Source: a bacterium (GTDB taxonomy: Bacteria > SAR324 > NAC60-12). From it: DNA of 64,000 nucleotides. Below, in pieces: positions 1 to 9,987 of this stretch. Numbering within the stretch: the stretch's first letter is position 1; every line of letters starts with the position of its first letter. The DNA lies in the NCBI GenBank assembly GCA_965205865.1, contig CBDBHR010000030.1, positions 1,184,001 to 1,248,000 on the forward strand, read 5' to 3'. The notes beneath the pieces were generated by a model. That model had not been told where the DNA came from. It did no database searches and was given only the letters and a program-made list of their open reading frames with translations. The translations under genes and the position numbers were made by a program.

Positions 1-1
1 A

Positions 2-55
2 ATCACCATCAGTCTGGAAACCGTCAAGCTGGTCAAGGGGTTACCCGAATGGTAA
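2..55 (+). CDS. 3' end of a gene entering the window, resembling the C-terminus of a type ISP restriction-modification/helicase protein
   Basis: Frame reads ITISLETVKLVKGLPEW*, similar to the 'VITVSLETxKIVxxLP' C-terminus of type ISP enzymes. Only 17 codons are visible. Confidence 0.5.
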   Translation: MTISLETVKLVKGLPEW

Positions 56-243
56 ATTCTTGAGAAACTGGGCGATCGGCGTAGTATAAACTGTTAACTT
101 GCTCAAATCGGTTACACGTTTTATGGATCAAATAGTTGGTTGTTATCATCGCAATATGTCGTCTATGTTGCTCTCGTTCTTTATTATCAGAAATTCTTAT
201 CAAAAGCTGGAGTCCAGGCAAGAATGAATCTCGCATTTATAAA

Positions 244-1152
244 ATGAGCAATAGTAATCCCAAAAGACATCATTCTATCCCACAAATGGTGACCAATAAT
301 TTCTGCAATGAGGATGGCAAAATCTGGGTATTTGATAAAACGACAAATAAAATCTATTTAACTAAACCAATAAATCTATTTGTTGAAAAGGATCTATACA
401 CGTATCAAAAACTTAGTCCCCCAACTGTTGAAGAACCACATATAAAAATCACTAAAGAGTATAAATATGAAAAAGAATTGAGCAGTCTTGAAAGTAAATC
501 AGCAAGTATTTTCAAACATATCATTTCGCAAGCCAGACTTAGGAAAACGCCAAAACTTTCACTGCCGGATCGTAGTATCGTAAAACAGTTTATTATAACT
601 TTGGCGAGGCGGACAAAAGAATCTCAGGAACGTGTGCATCCCAAAATAAATGCTGAAGATATTTTTTATAAAATTACAACAAATGGAATAAAAGATATAT
701 GTTTGGAATTGCCTGATAAGGAGACATTTTATAAAAATAAAGATATTAAAAAATTGAAAGATATTATTATTTCAAATACCAGTGCAAGGTTCGCTTTTGG
801 TGACAGACAATATGATAAAAATCAAGAAGAAAAATTTATTCAAGATACAGGATTAATGATTGTCGCAATTCATAACCCACGGAGAAGTTTTGTTATTGGA
901 AGTCATGGTATAACCAGAATAAGAGATTTAAATAATAATGAATCAACTGGGGTGCCAATATCGCATGATGTTATGATTGTTGTCACAAACAAGCCCGATG
1001 AAGAACAATTTTTAACAATTAGTGATAAAGTCATAAGAATGATTAACAATTGTACATTCATGCAAAGTAATATAGTGGCAAGTCGTTCAAAAGATCTTCT
1101 CGAGTCACTCAGACGTGCTGTACACTCACGTGTATCAAAAAAGAAACGATAA
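244..1152 (+). CDS. DUF4238-family protein
   Basis: N-terminal 'PKRHHSIPQ...F...IWVFDK...NLFVEKDLY...E..LSSLES' pattern; AT-rich; ATG at 244. Confidence 0.7.
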   Translation: MSNSNPKRHHSIPQMVTNNFCNEDGKIWVFDKTTNKIYLTKPINLFVEKDLYTYQKLSPPTVEEPHIKITKEYKYEKELSSLESKSASIFKHIISQARLRKTPKLSLPDRSIVKQFIITLARRTKESQERVHPKINAEDIFYKITTNGIKDICLELPDKETFYKNKDIKKLKDIIISNTSARFAFGDRQYDKNQEEKFIQDTGLMIVAIHNPRRSFVIGSHGITRIRDLNNNESTGVPISHDVMIVVTNKPDEEQFLTISDKVIRMINNCTFMQSNIVASRSKDLLESLRRAVHSRVSKKKR

Positions 1153-1235
1153 ACAGGAAACCCTAAGGTACTCCTGTCTATTGGGGCGAAGATTGTAGCC
1201 ACAATTTGTGCAGTCTTAGAGGAGATGCCGCTGTT

Positions 1236-2405
1236 ATGACCTCGGCTGGTGAACAAACTAAAGTGGAACGGCTACTTGTTATATACCGAAGGATTGAGGA
1301 AGTGTTGTACGGGAGTGTGTACCCCTTGCGAGTAAACACCCCAGAAGCGGCGGAAAAAATTAACTTGGGGAAATGGAAGTCACCCTTTGTTGTTGCGAAG
1401 CAGTTGGGACAGCAAGAAATTGTCTTCGGCAGCGTTCTCCATCACATACATGAAGCTGTCAGACCAATTTTTAAGATGGAAGCTCTCCAAAAGAAGTTAG
1501 CGGAATCCCTTCCTTCCGAAATTCGCGCATCAATGGTCGAGTCTCGCTCCGGCAATGAGATTACTTTTTCCTCACCAGTAGGTGGGTTCCCTGCATTGTT
1601 CCTTTACCAGCAGAATGAAATAATCAAGGATGGAGTGTTGTTGTCTGCTCTTTCTGTGCGAACCCTTTTGGAAATTTTCAGTGGTAAAGGCAATCGCATC
1701 GTGCCCACCTACGATTATGAGGGCAACCCAACTAATGGGGTTTCGATGCAGCAGTTGTTCCACACGCTTTGCCACCACAGGTACTGTGTGGTTTCAGATA
1801 GGTTCATCTATGATGTTTTTTCCGGGCAGGATACGCGGGGATTGCCTGACATGTTCGGGACGAAGATAAGGGTTGAAGAGTTCTTAACAAAAGTTATTGG
1901 TTTCCTCGAAGGGATCACTGTCAATGATTTCGTGGAAATGTTATGTAGGTGTCTGAAGAAGCTGACAATCAACTCCAAAATGTTATGTAGGTGTCTGAAG
2001 AAGCTGACAATCAACTCCAAGACGAGGGACATTATTTATGCCCATCAGAACGTTTACGCGCTTACAGAGGTTATCAAGCACAGACTCGAAGATGCGGGTT
2101 TTTCACCCTTCCTGAACTACCTCTTTAGCCAATTAACGGATGATGAAAGTCGGGAAGTAAAGGCAGCGAGGGGAAAGTCCACTGTCGTGCTGAAAAAACT
2201 ATTCAATCTGCCGCACTTCAAGATAGGGTCTGATCTTGATGCAAAGGTAATTGAAATGAGCATCACGATCAATGAAAAGCAGGAGAGATTCGAGTTCAGT
2301 CAACAGGAGTTCTTCGAGAAATTAACCGCTACGTGTGGAAACGAGTCAATCATCCCCATCGAAAGGCTGCGACAGCGTGTTGAGAACCTTGTCGAACCTA
2401 GCTGA
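1236..2405 (+). CDS. Hypothetical protein with an internal 14-aa tandem duplication
   Basis: Long ORF with GGAG upstream of ATG 1236; no recognisable motif. Confidence 0.6.
   Translation: MTSAGEQTKVERLLVIYRRIEEVLYGSVYPLRVNTPEAAEKINLGKWKSPFVVAKQLGQQEIVFGSVLHHIHEAVRPIFKMEALQKKLAESLPSEIRASMVESRSGNEITFSSPVGGFPALFLYQQNEIIKDGVLLSALSVRTLLEIFSGKGNRIVPTYDYEGNPTNGVSMQQLFHTLCHHRYCVVSDRFIYDVFSGQDTRGLPDMFGTKIRVEEFLTKVIGFLEGITVNDFVEMLCRCLKKLTINSKMLCRCLKKLTINSKTRDIIYAHQNVYALTEVIKHRLEDAGFSPFLNYLFSQLTDDESREVKAARGKSTVVLKKLFNLPHFKIGSDLDAKVIEMSITINEKQERFEFSQQEFFEKLTATCGNESIIPIERLRQRVENLVEPS
1936..2020 (+). repeat. Perfect 42-bp tandem duplication (MLCRCLKKLTINSK x2)
   Basis: 1936-1977 is identical to 1978-2019. 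Confidence 0.95.
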
Positions 2406-2551
2406 TGTAGCATCCAGCCCGGTGGGAGTGTTTTGCTTCCTCCATAACTTGTCGGCCCCCTTTTTCCAACCTCAAACCATAGACTGAACAGTCGAGGGTT
2501 TCGCTCAAGCCAAGATGCCTGCGGTAATAGTATGCTCCTTAAACTTGAAAC

Positions 2552-3084
2552 GGGGTCAGGCTTGCAAGTTTGCAAAAATGGGTATTCTTTAAATTTTAAC
2601 CTTTTTCAATTTGCCAAGATGTCTCGGAAAACGCGTTTGTACGACCCTGGCACGCTTTATCATGTGACACTTCGAGTCAATGGGGGGCAACGTACTTTTC
2701 GATGGCAACGACTCTCGTCGTTTTTATCAGTCTTTGATTGGAAATCTGCAACAATCCGGGAAGTGGCAAATGCTCTCAATTGAGATGATTCTACTATCAG
2801 TCGTGGCGCGCATAAGTTGAGAGAAAGATTGAAGGAATTCACAAATCTCGATAGTCGTCCGCTTGAGTGTTGTTCCTCTGAAAATCGGGAAAAATAACTG
2901 TAGACCGTGGTAACCACGCCGGAAAATGCCTTCTATTTGCTGAATCCCAACACTTCACAGGGAGAATTTTGCTGATAAGAGGCACTAACACTCAAGAGGG
3001 AGACTATCCAAATCTCCAAGAGTGGTTAAAAGAACTCAACCTAAAAATGTTTTCTTAAATTCGCAAACTTGCAAGTCTGACCCC
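2552..3084 (+). mobile_element. Internally deleted Y1 (HUH, RAYT/IS200-like) transposase element with 22-bp terminal inverted repeats
   Basis: GGGGTCAGGCTTGCAAGTTTGC (2552-2573) vs GCAAACTTGCAAGTCTGACCCC (3063-3084), one mismatch. Internal remnant MSRKTRLYDPGTLYHVTLRVNGGQRTF from 2619. Confidence 0.75.
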
Positions 3085-3429
3085 TTCATTGTGACTTGCA
3101 TCGGTGGATCGAGGCCTACTTGAGTTTTGGTTGTTGAGAGCCAGCCGATCCCGGAGTTGCATATTTTCTGTCTCAAGAGCTTTAATGCGCTTATTTTCTG
3201 TCTCAAGAGCTTCAATACGTTTAAGGAATCCTAATCGCTTTTGCTTCCATTAGTCCCATACTTTTTCAAAGAGCAGACAGGCTTCTTGAAGAGCTTCGAA
3301 GTGGGGAGTCGATGAAATGGAATCAATATATTTTTGAACTTTCGAGAGCATAAAATCCTTTCTGTATTTTTTGCAACGCAAAATCCGTGCTTAAATCGAA
3401 GGGCTCTCTGAAGATACCTGAATAATTAA
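3085..3429 (-). pseudogene. IS66-like left end and transposase N-terminal fragment
   Basis: Minus frame LKRIEALETENKRIKALETENMQLRDRLALNNQNSSRPRSTD (coiled coil followed by an 'NSSxPPSxD'-like motif), including a 30-bp tandem repeat at 3162-3221. IR-like TTAATTATTCAGGT at 3429-3416. Confidence 0.6.
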
Positions 3430-6311
3430 TTGCGAGTAATCAATTCCTTGCCGTTGCGAAACGCTTTAGCGCTTTCAACGGTAGCCTTTACGCCACCTTT
3501 GGCACCCGGAGAAATCACGGAGAGCGCACGCGGTTTTTCCAGTACGATCTCGTTGTAAGCATCCTGCAAGTCCTTGATGGTAATTGCCTTCACTACTTCG
3601 ACTGCCTTCTGACGAGAATCGAAGTTGGGGTAGTCATTGCGCAGATCTTGCCAGAAGCGAGCAACTTTCTTACCCACATTCTGCGGAGGTTGGCTCAACT
3701 GAGCAATGGCCGCTTGTTTCAGCGGAGCCAGTTGTTCGTCAGTCATTGCGTCAAGAACCCCTTTGAAGACCCGCAAGAACTTGTCAGTGGCCGCTTCAAC
3801 TGCACTGGCATTTGCAGTTGGAGACTGCACAACAAAAATCAGGCCCATTGTGCGGTCGGTTAATTTGCCTGCCGCTTGCACAATGTAACCCAACTGCTGC
3901 TCGGTACGCAGGCTGCCGTAGTACGGCTGGTGCATAATCCGGCTTAGCAGATACAGTGTAAAATCCTCTTCGCGGGTGCTCTCGCGGCCCTGGTAGTAAC
4001 GGAATACTGCAGCATCGGTGTGAGCAATCTTGGAAATGTACACGTCGCGCTTGTCGTTTGACTCATTCAAACGAACAACGCGCATGCCTTTGGGAATGTC
4101 TCGGTTCGTCGCTTTCAGGCCCAGGGTTTTGCGAATACGCTGTGCGAAATCACGAGACTGTTGTTCCGTGATGTTACCGCTGGCCATCATTTGCATACGA
4201 CCCTCACCATACAGCCATCCGGGTACTTTCAACACTTTTTCCAGAGTAATGCCCTCTACCACTTTGCGAATGTCTTCAATGGCGAAACTGTCTGCATCCA
4301 GCAACTCATCCAGGTCTCTGCCAACACCCTGGGTTGGAGTCACTTTGTCGTAGTTTTTTAAATTACGCTGTAACTGTTCCATCAAACGCCGGTACTGCTG
4401 TTCCGTAAAACGAGGCTTCAATACTTCGGACAGCACCTGATCAGACAACTGCGGCAGTTTGTCCGAGTAGCCACTGAAGGAAACGCCGTCGGCACCGAAG
4501 TTATAGGCAACGCCGGCGCGATTGGCGTTGTAGCTCAAATCCTGCAGCTGCTCTCCCATCAAGCCAAAGTAAACCTGTGACAGCAGGTCCTCTTCCAGAG
4601 TCGTACGCTCCGGACGGTCAATAGCCAATTGTATAGTTGCACGGGGGATTTTGTCTTCGATATCGGGGTAGTGCCAGATCTCCATACCTTCGGTATTGGC
4701 CAGTTTGACCGGCTGCTCGACAGTAACCACGTCCACCAGGTCAAAGTTTTCCGGGATCAGCGGGTTGCGCTCGGCCAGCTTCAGGTCACTGTACTGGGAA
4801 ACGCTCCAGCTTTTGACGCGATCAGTACCGGGTTGATAAGTGCGGTAGTCAGCACCGTAGAACCTGGTTTCCAGCTCCGGTTCAACACTTGGCGCAACCA
4901 GGGTTATCACCATATTGTCCAGGCGCAGCTCCGCCAATACATTGTTGATCAGTTTGCTGTCAAATTTCTTAAAACCGGAACCCAGCAGGTCACGAGGCAG
5001 GGTTTCCTGCAATGCATTGGCAAAATCGAACGCATCCTGCTTATCGAGGGGCCTGTTCTCGGCAAAGCGGAAGCTCATCTCGGAAAGGTTTTTAATCTCG
5101 TTGTAGCGCCATTCTTTCACGCCTTCACGTTTAACCAATTCAATCTGGTCAAACAATGCGGCAATGATCTCGTCCTGATGTTCCATCCCGGTTTCAGTCA
5201 GGGTAACAGCCAGAATAAAGCTGTCGTTGGCGCCATAGCTAATGCCTCCGGAAGCCTGAAAATTCTCAATCCAGCCCTTGGCCTTCAAACGGTCGCTGAG
5301 GCTGTCATCACTCTCGGAGGTCAGCATAGCGGCAACAAAGCCAACCGGGTTTTCCTGCTTGTACTCTTTCTGAGAAGGCAGTGGGAAGGTCAACTGTAAT
5401 GCACGAAACTCTTGTACCGGTTTGATTTCGATCACTTTCGGCAGTTCACCCGCGGCAAACAGTGGCGGAAAATGGGTTTCCGGAATATCTTTCAGCGTGG
5501 GTACCGCCTCAAATTTGGCGCGGGCCAGTTTTTCCAGTTCATCCGGAGACTGGTTACTTACCAACGTCAGCGCCATAATATCGGAGCTGTAGTACGTCTT
5601 GTAAAACTCGACCAGTATATCGCGGGCCTTGGCGTCCGGCTTATCAGACAGTGTTTCCAGCGTTCCGTTATTAAATTTATACGCCGGGTGCGCTTTGTCG
5701 ATGGTGTTTTCGAACACTTCGATATAGCGAATGTCATCGTTTTCGATACGGGTGAAGTATTCGGAGTGCACCGCATTCTTCTCGCGATCAACATAATTCC
5801 CGGTGAACAACGGCGTAATAAAGAACTGGGCAAAACGATCCACTGTACCTTCGTAGCCACCGTTATCCACTGAGAAATAATAGTTGGTGAATTCATATTC
5901 GGTGTAGGCGTTATGAGAGCCGCCGTGAGAATTCAAGAACTCAGAGTATTCATTGGGTTCCGGGTACTTTTCGGTACCCAAAAAAAGCATGTGCTCAAGA
6001 AAGTGCGCCAGACCATCCCAGCCTTCCGGATCCTGGAAACTGCCGACTTTAACATTCAGGGAAGCAAGGGATTTGACCGCATTGGTGTCAGAGATCAGCA
6101 ACACCTTCATACCGTTGTCCAACTGTATGTAACGATATTCTTTGGTATCCAGCGGGAAGCTGCTTACCACATAGGCGGATGCATCTTCGATGCGACTGGT
6201 ATCAGCCTCTTTCTCGATCGCCATGGTCGAACCACTGCAAAGGACTATCAGACCAAGGGTGAGGGCCAACAAAATTGCACTGAGTTTAGAGTTGATTTTA
6301 TGACGGTTCAT
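3426..6311 (-). CDS. Secreted M16 (insulinase/pitrilysin-like) zinc metallopeptidase
   Basis: Signal peptide, HFLEH inverted zinc motif, NAYT, and C-terminal LRTEQQLGY. Confidence 0.93.
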   Translation of the reverse strand: MNRHKINSKLSAILLALTLGLIVLCSGSTMAIEKEADTSRIEDASAYVVSSFPLDTKEYRYIQLDNGMKVLLISDTNAVKSLASLNVKVGSFQDPEGWDGLAHFLEHMLFLGTEKYPEPNEYSEFLNSHGGSHNAYTEYEFTNYYFSVDNGGYEGTVDRFAQFFITPLFTGNYVDREKNAVHSEYFTRIENDDIRYIEVFENTIDKAHPAYKFNNGTLETLSDKPDAKARDILVEFYKTYYSSDIMALTLVSNQSPDELEKLARAKFEAVPTLKDIPETHFPPLFAAGELPKVIEIKPVQEFRALQLTFPLPSQKEYKQENPVGFVAAMLTSESDDSLSDRLKAKGWIENFQASGGISYGANDSFILAVTLTETGMEHQDEIIAALFDQIELVKREGVKEWRYNEIKNLSEMSFRFAENRPLDKQDAFDFANALQETLPRDLLGSGFKKFDSKLINNVLAELRLDNMVITLVAPSVEPELETRFYGADYRTYQPGTDRVKSWSVSQYSDLKLAERNPLIPENFDLVDVVTVEQPVKLANTEGMEIWHYPDIEDKIPRATIQLAIDRPERTTLEEDLLSQVYFGLMGEQLQDLSYNANRAGVAYNFGADGVSFSGYSDKLPQLSDQVLSEVLKPRFTEQQYRRLMEQLQRNLKNYDKVTPTQGVGRDLDELLDADSFAIEDIRKVVEGITLEKVLKVPGWLYGEGRMQMMASGNITEQQSRDFAQRIRKTLGLKATNRDIPKGMRVVRLNESNDKRDVYISKIAHTDAAVFRYYQGRESTREEDFTLYLLSRIMHQPYYGSLRTEQQLGYIVQAAGKLTDRTMGLIFVVQSPTANASAVEAATDKFLRVFKGVLDAMTDEQLAPLKQAAIAQLSQPPQNVGKKVARFWQDLRNDYPNFDSRQKAVEVVKAITIKDLQDAYNEIVLEKPRALSVISPGAKGGVKATVESAKAFRNGKELITRN

Positions 6312-6486
6312 ATTTCACCTTTCGTTTGAATGATCAAAAACTTGAGTGTGGGTTGTTTTGAAAAGTTCTTTCTTTCCCAAAAGCACTACGTTATCGTCTC
6401 TAGTACATTGTATCGAAATATTTTTACAGCGATAATTTTTCTGGAATTATTCGTATAGGTGGTCACACATCCCTCGACATGATCAG

Positions 6487-6840
6487 TCACATTAAACGGA
6501 ACCGGAACTGTACAGACACCTGTTTGTCTCTAGTTTTCACGGGTGAAACTCTTATCTTCCAAGAATTCCCGCCGATCTCCCACTCACCACTAGGGGTAAA
6601 CTCCCATTGTTTGTGGCGATCTTTGAGTTTGTGGCGATCTTTGACAAAGGTCTCCAATTCGCTTAAGAATACCTGGTTGTGGATGACGTCGTCATGAATC
6701 GCCAATTTGCCTTTCGCTGTTGGCTTGATTCGGAGATAGCTGGGGTTGAACACTTCATCGGAAGGCTTATCTTGCGCAGCTAATATAGATGTCAAGCTCA
6801 AGCCCATCAAGAGGGCTACCATTCTTTTTGTTACTTTCAT
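6487..6840 (-). CDS. Small secreted hypothetical protein
   Basis: GGAG RBS, signal-peptide-like N-terminus, internal KDRHK duplication. Confidence 0.55.
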   Translation of the reverse strand: MKVTKRMVALLMGLSLTSILAAQDKPSDEVFNPSYLRIKPTAKGKLAIHDDVIHNQVFLSELETFVKDRHKLKDRHKQWEFTPSGEWEIGGNSWKIRVSPVKTRDKQVSVQFRFRLM

Positions 6841-6900
6841 ATCAATCTCCGGAATATTGAGAAAAGAAATTGTAACTATTCAGGTCTCTGAAAAACCCGT

Positions 6901-8749
6901 TTAGTTAGACCCTAGCCGAAAAGGGTTTCGAAAATAGTAAATGTAACCAATTTGATTCTATTGGATTCTCTATTTGATTCAATATGACGAGAAAACGATT
7001 TATTTTTGTTTTTTATTCGCCCACGGCACAGTTTTTATAGGGGAAAAATCTTTTTTGGACATACTTTCCTCGCCCCTGCTCATATTTCACACTCCCCCAT
7101 TGAATATTCAGGCCGCTTGTTTGAGTTGTCTTTTTTTCAACTCAATCATTTTGCAAAAATTATAGGTTAATGCTTTTTCCAGCAACTCTGCCCGAACGTT
7201 TTCAATCCCTCTGCGCATAACTTGTCCGAAATGGAAACGATGCTTAAGATGAAACATCAACGACTCTGCAGCAGATCTTCCATTTCGTGATTCCAAATAG
7301 ATTTCACTTTCCCATTCTTCAATCGGGGTCATCTTTTTTCCCTTTGCCCCACTAATACTAAAAACCTTAACGCCTTTGCCCATCCACTTTTCTCTGATCG
7401 CCTGATTGGCATATCCATCATCAAGGCTCACTTCAGAGGGAATGCTGATGGTGCATCGCAAATGTTCAACAAGGGCAGGGTCGAGTTGCCCTGAATCAGC
7501 AGCATTGCCCTCCGGAGTAATTAACACGGAAATAAAACCATTTCCGCTCCTTCCTAATTGAGGCTTATATCCGATAAGCGCTTCTCGATCTCCCTTTTGA
7601 ATATAAGCCGAGCTCTGATCGGAAAGACTCAATACTTTCTCAGTGGAAGGAACCTTCTTTTCTTCAAAAACTCTTTGATGACAGTAGATGATTACCCGTT
7701 GCAAATTAGAAATATCTTCATTCATCATTTCAATGAGGCGAATCAAACGCGTTTTCCGAGAAGGGGGGAGAAGAGCTTTTTGGGCACGGATATCCACCTT
7801 TGCCATTTCTTTTAAAAATTTCCCATGAGCGCTTTGAGCTTTCTTCAATAGGGTTTTGTAATGTTTTTTTCGCTTCGTTTTACTGTCCTTTTTACCTGTC
7901 TCAAAAGCAATCATCTTAGAGAGCTTATTCATCTCCTTGATGAGGAAATCAAAATTTCTTTCACTGATCTCAGCGATTCCAAATGTATCAAGGGAACGCC
8001 CTCGATGGTAGCTTCGCTCCACGAGACGAGTCAATATCGACGAATCAGTAGGCCAAGCTGTATTTCCTTTTACAGAGGTGCTATCCAGTTTTAAAATATC
8101 AAAATCGTCCAACTCTTCATCGAGAACCATTCGAATTTGAGCATCGAAAATAAACTGTCTGCTCTCGTTGCTGACAGCATTGACATTATCAAGGATTGTA
8201 CTCGCTCCCGGCATTTTCAATCCACGGTTGAGCAGAAGCAGATGCAGTGTGATTGACTCTGAAAGAAATATTTGGGCCGTTTGGGATTTGATACTTCCTA
8301 AATATCCCCGAATCATCATAAAAAGGTAGACTAAAAAAGCCGACATCCGAGGACACCCTATTTCCAGCCTCAGTTCTTCCGGCTTCAATTCCTCATCTTC
8401 TACGGGAAGATGAGGAAGCCATGGATTCCGGGCTTCCTGCCATCGTTTATCCTCTAAACGCTCTTTCTTTTTATTTCTTGCGTATTTCTCCAAATCCTGT
8501 TCAATTTTGTCCAATATCTCCGGCTCTCGCTCAGACAATTGATCAAGTTCTGATAAGAAATTTTCAAATTCTGTATCAGGAGCGCTTAAAAAAAGATGTT
8601 TTTCTGCTCGAATGAATGGTTTCATTTTGGGTGCCATAATTCTTAATATTGAAGTTATTCACAGTTATTTCAATGAATTATGGCACTTTTTAACCTCAAG
8701 TTTAAAGATATAATTCTAAAAAATACCTTTTCGGCTAGGATCTAGCTAA
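6901..8749 (-). mobile_element. Insertion sequence (DDE; IS4/IS5/ISNCY-like, family unresolved)
   Basis: 24-bp IR TTAGTTAGACCCTAGCCGAAAAGG (6901-6924) vs 8726-8749, two mismatches; no TSD evident. Confidence 0.85.
7108..8637 (-). CDS. DDE transposase
   Basis: Motifs LDSTSV...WPTDS, SLDDGY and RSAAESLMFHLK...RRG. Confidence 0.85.
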   Translation of the reverse strand: MAPKMKPFIRAEKHLFLSAPDTEFENFLSELDQLSEREPEILDKIEQDLEKYARNKKKERLEDKRWQEARNPWLPHLPVEDEELKPEELRLEIGCPRMSAFLVYLFMMIRGYLGSIKSQTAQIFLSESITLHLLLLNRGLKMPGASTILDNVNAVSNESRQFIFDAQIRMVLDEELDDFDILKLDSTSVKGNTAWPTDSSILTRLVERSYHRGRSLDTFGIAEISERNFDFLIKEMNKLSKMIAFETGKKDSKTKRKKHYKTLLKKAQSAHGKFLKEMAKVDIRAQKALLPPSRKTRLIRLIEMMNEDISNLQRVIIYCHQRVFEEKKVPSTEKVLSLSDQSSAYIQKGDREALIGYKPQLGRSGNGFISVLITPEGNAADSGQLDPALVEHLRCTISIPSEVSLDDGYANQAIREKWMGKGVKVFSISGAKGKKMTPIEEWESEIYLESRNGRSAAESLMFHLKHRFHFGQVMRRGIENVRAELLEKALTYNFCKMIELKKRQLKQAA

Positions 8750-8778
8750 TAACACAACAGCGAAAGCCTGACGCCATC

Positions 8779-9963
8779 CTAGTGTATTGCCTGTTTAATA
8801 CATTGTATTATTGGTCATTTGGTAGACAGGTTTGAGTTTGTTGATAATTTCTTCGGCAGTTTTAGTCCAGACATAGGGTTTTGGGTTGCGATTGTGTGTC
8901 TCGATGTAACTATGGATGGCTTCGGTCAACTCGAGCACGCTTTTGAAGGCGCCTCGTCGAATCCGTTCTGCAGTGATCTTGCCAAAAAAGCGTTCCACCA
9001 TGTTCAGCCATGAGGAGGAAGTAGGAATGAAATGCGGGTGAAATCGCGGGTGTTTTTTGAGCCATTCTTTCACCTTAAGATGTTTGTGGGTGGCGTAATT
9101 GTCCAGGATCAAGTGTACCTGCAGTTGCTTCGAGGTAGTCTTGTCAATAAGACGCAGGAAGCGCAGATACTCTTGGTGTCGGTGCCGTTTTTCACAGCGA
9201 GCGAGCACTTCCCCTGTCTGCGTATTCAAAGCAGTAAACAGACAGCAGGTGCCATGACGGATATAATCATGAGTTCTGGTGCCATTGCGCCCTGGTTTCA
9301 GTGGCAGACCTGGCTGGGTGCGATCGAGTGCCTGGATTTGTGATTTCTCATCGACGCTCAAGACCAGCGCTTTCTCAGGAGGATTCATGTACAAACCGAT
9401 GACATCTTTCAGTTTCGCAGTGAAATGCTTATCATGCGACAACTTAAATGTTTTTTCCAGATGAGGCTTGAGGCGATGGGCCTTCCATACTTTACCGACG
9501 GTTGTCTTGCCTACGCCAACTGCCTTGGCCATCGATCGCGTGCTCCAATGGGTACGGTCCTCAGGCTTCTCTTCAATGGTTTTCTTCACAATCTCCTCGA
9601 TTTTATCCGCTCCATAAATGCGTGTCCTGCCAGGCCGCGGATCATCATTGAGACCTGTTATTCCTTTTTCAACAAAGCGCCGTCGCCACTTTCCAACGGC
9701 ATTACCGCTGGTTCCAAGCGTTTTGGCAATTTCTTGATTCTTAAGGCCATCAGCAGCCAACAGGATGATGCGCGCACGACGAGTGTCTCGCATCGCTCCG
9801 GTATGACGGCGTGCGGTTTTGCCCAATTCATCCCGTTCTTCCCGGGTCAGTTTTATACTTGGTGCTTTTCTCATGCTGTCTCCATATATGCAAAAAAAAG
9901 GACAGCTCGTAGTATAGCAAACCAAGGATTTTTTTACACATTAATAAAAGAGCGACACACTAG
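8779..9963 (-). mobile_element. IS630-family insertion sequence in a CTAG target
   Basis: Ends CTAGTGTATTGC and GCGACACACTAG. Confidence 0.92.
8795..9874 (-). CDS. IS630-family transposase
   Basis: HTH N-terminus, SVDEKSQIQALDR, LILDNYATHK, SSWLNMVERFF; GGAG before ATG 9874. Confidence 0.95.
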   Translation of the reverse strand: MRKAPSIKLTREERDELGKTARRHTGAMRDTRRARIILLAADGLKNQEIAKTLGTSGNAVGKWRRRFVEKGITGLNDDPRPGRTRIYGADKIEEIVKKTIEEKPEDRTHWSTRSMAKAVGVGKTTVGKVWKAHRLKPHLEKTFKLSHDKHFTAKLKDVIGLYMNPPEKALVLSVDEKSQIQALDRTQPGLPLKPGRNGTRTHDYIRHGTCCLFTALNTQTGEVLARCEKRHRHQEYLRFLRLIDKTTSKQLQVHLILDNYATHKHLKVKEWLKKHPRFHPHFIPTSSSWLNMVERFFGKITAERIRRGAFKSVLELTEAIHSYIETHNRNPKPYVWTKTAEEIINKLKPVYQMTNNTMY

Positions 9964-9987
9964 CATAGGGTGCTGCTCACCTTGAGG

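Noticed and set aside
1936-2020. Diversity-generating retroelement template/variable repeat pair
   Set aside because: The copies are identical and adjacent, with no adenine-specific changes and no RT.
4629-5399. Long antisense ORFs over the M16, ABC, ileS and dnaK genes
   Set aside because: Shadow ORFs opposite well-supported genes.
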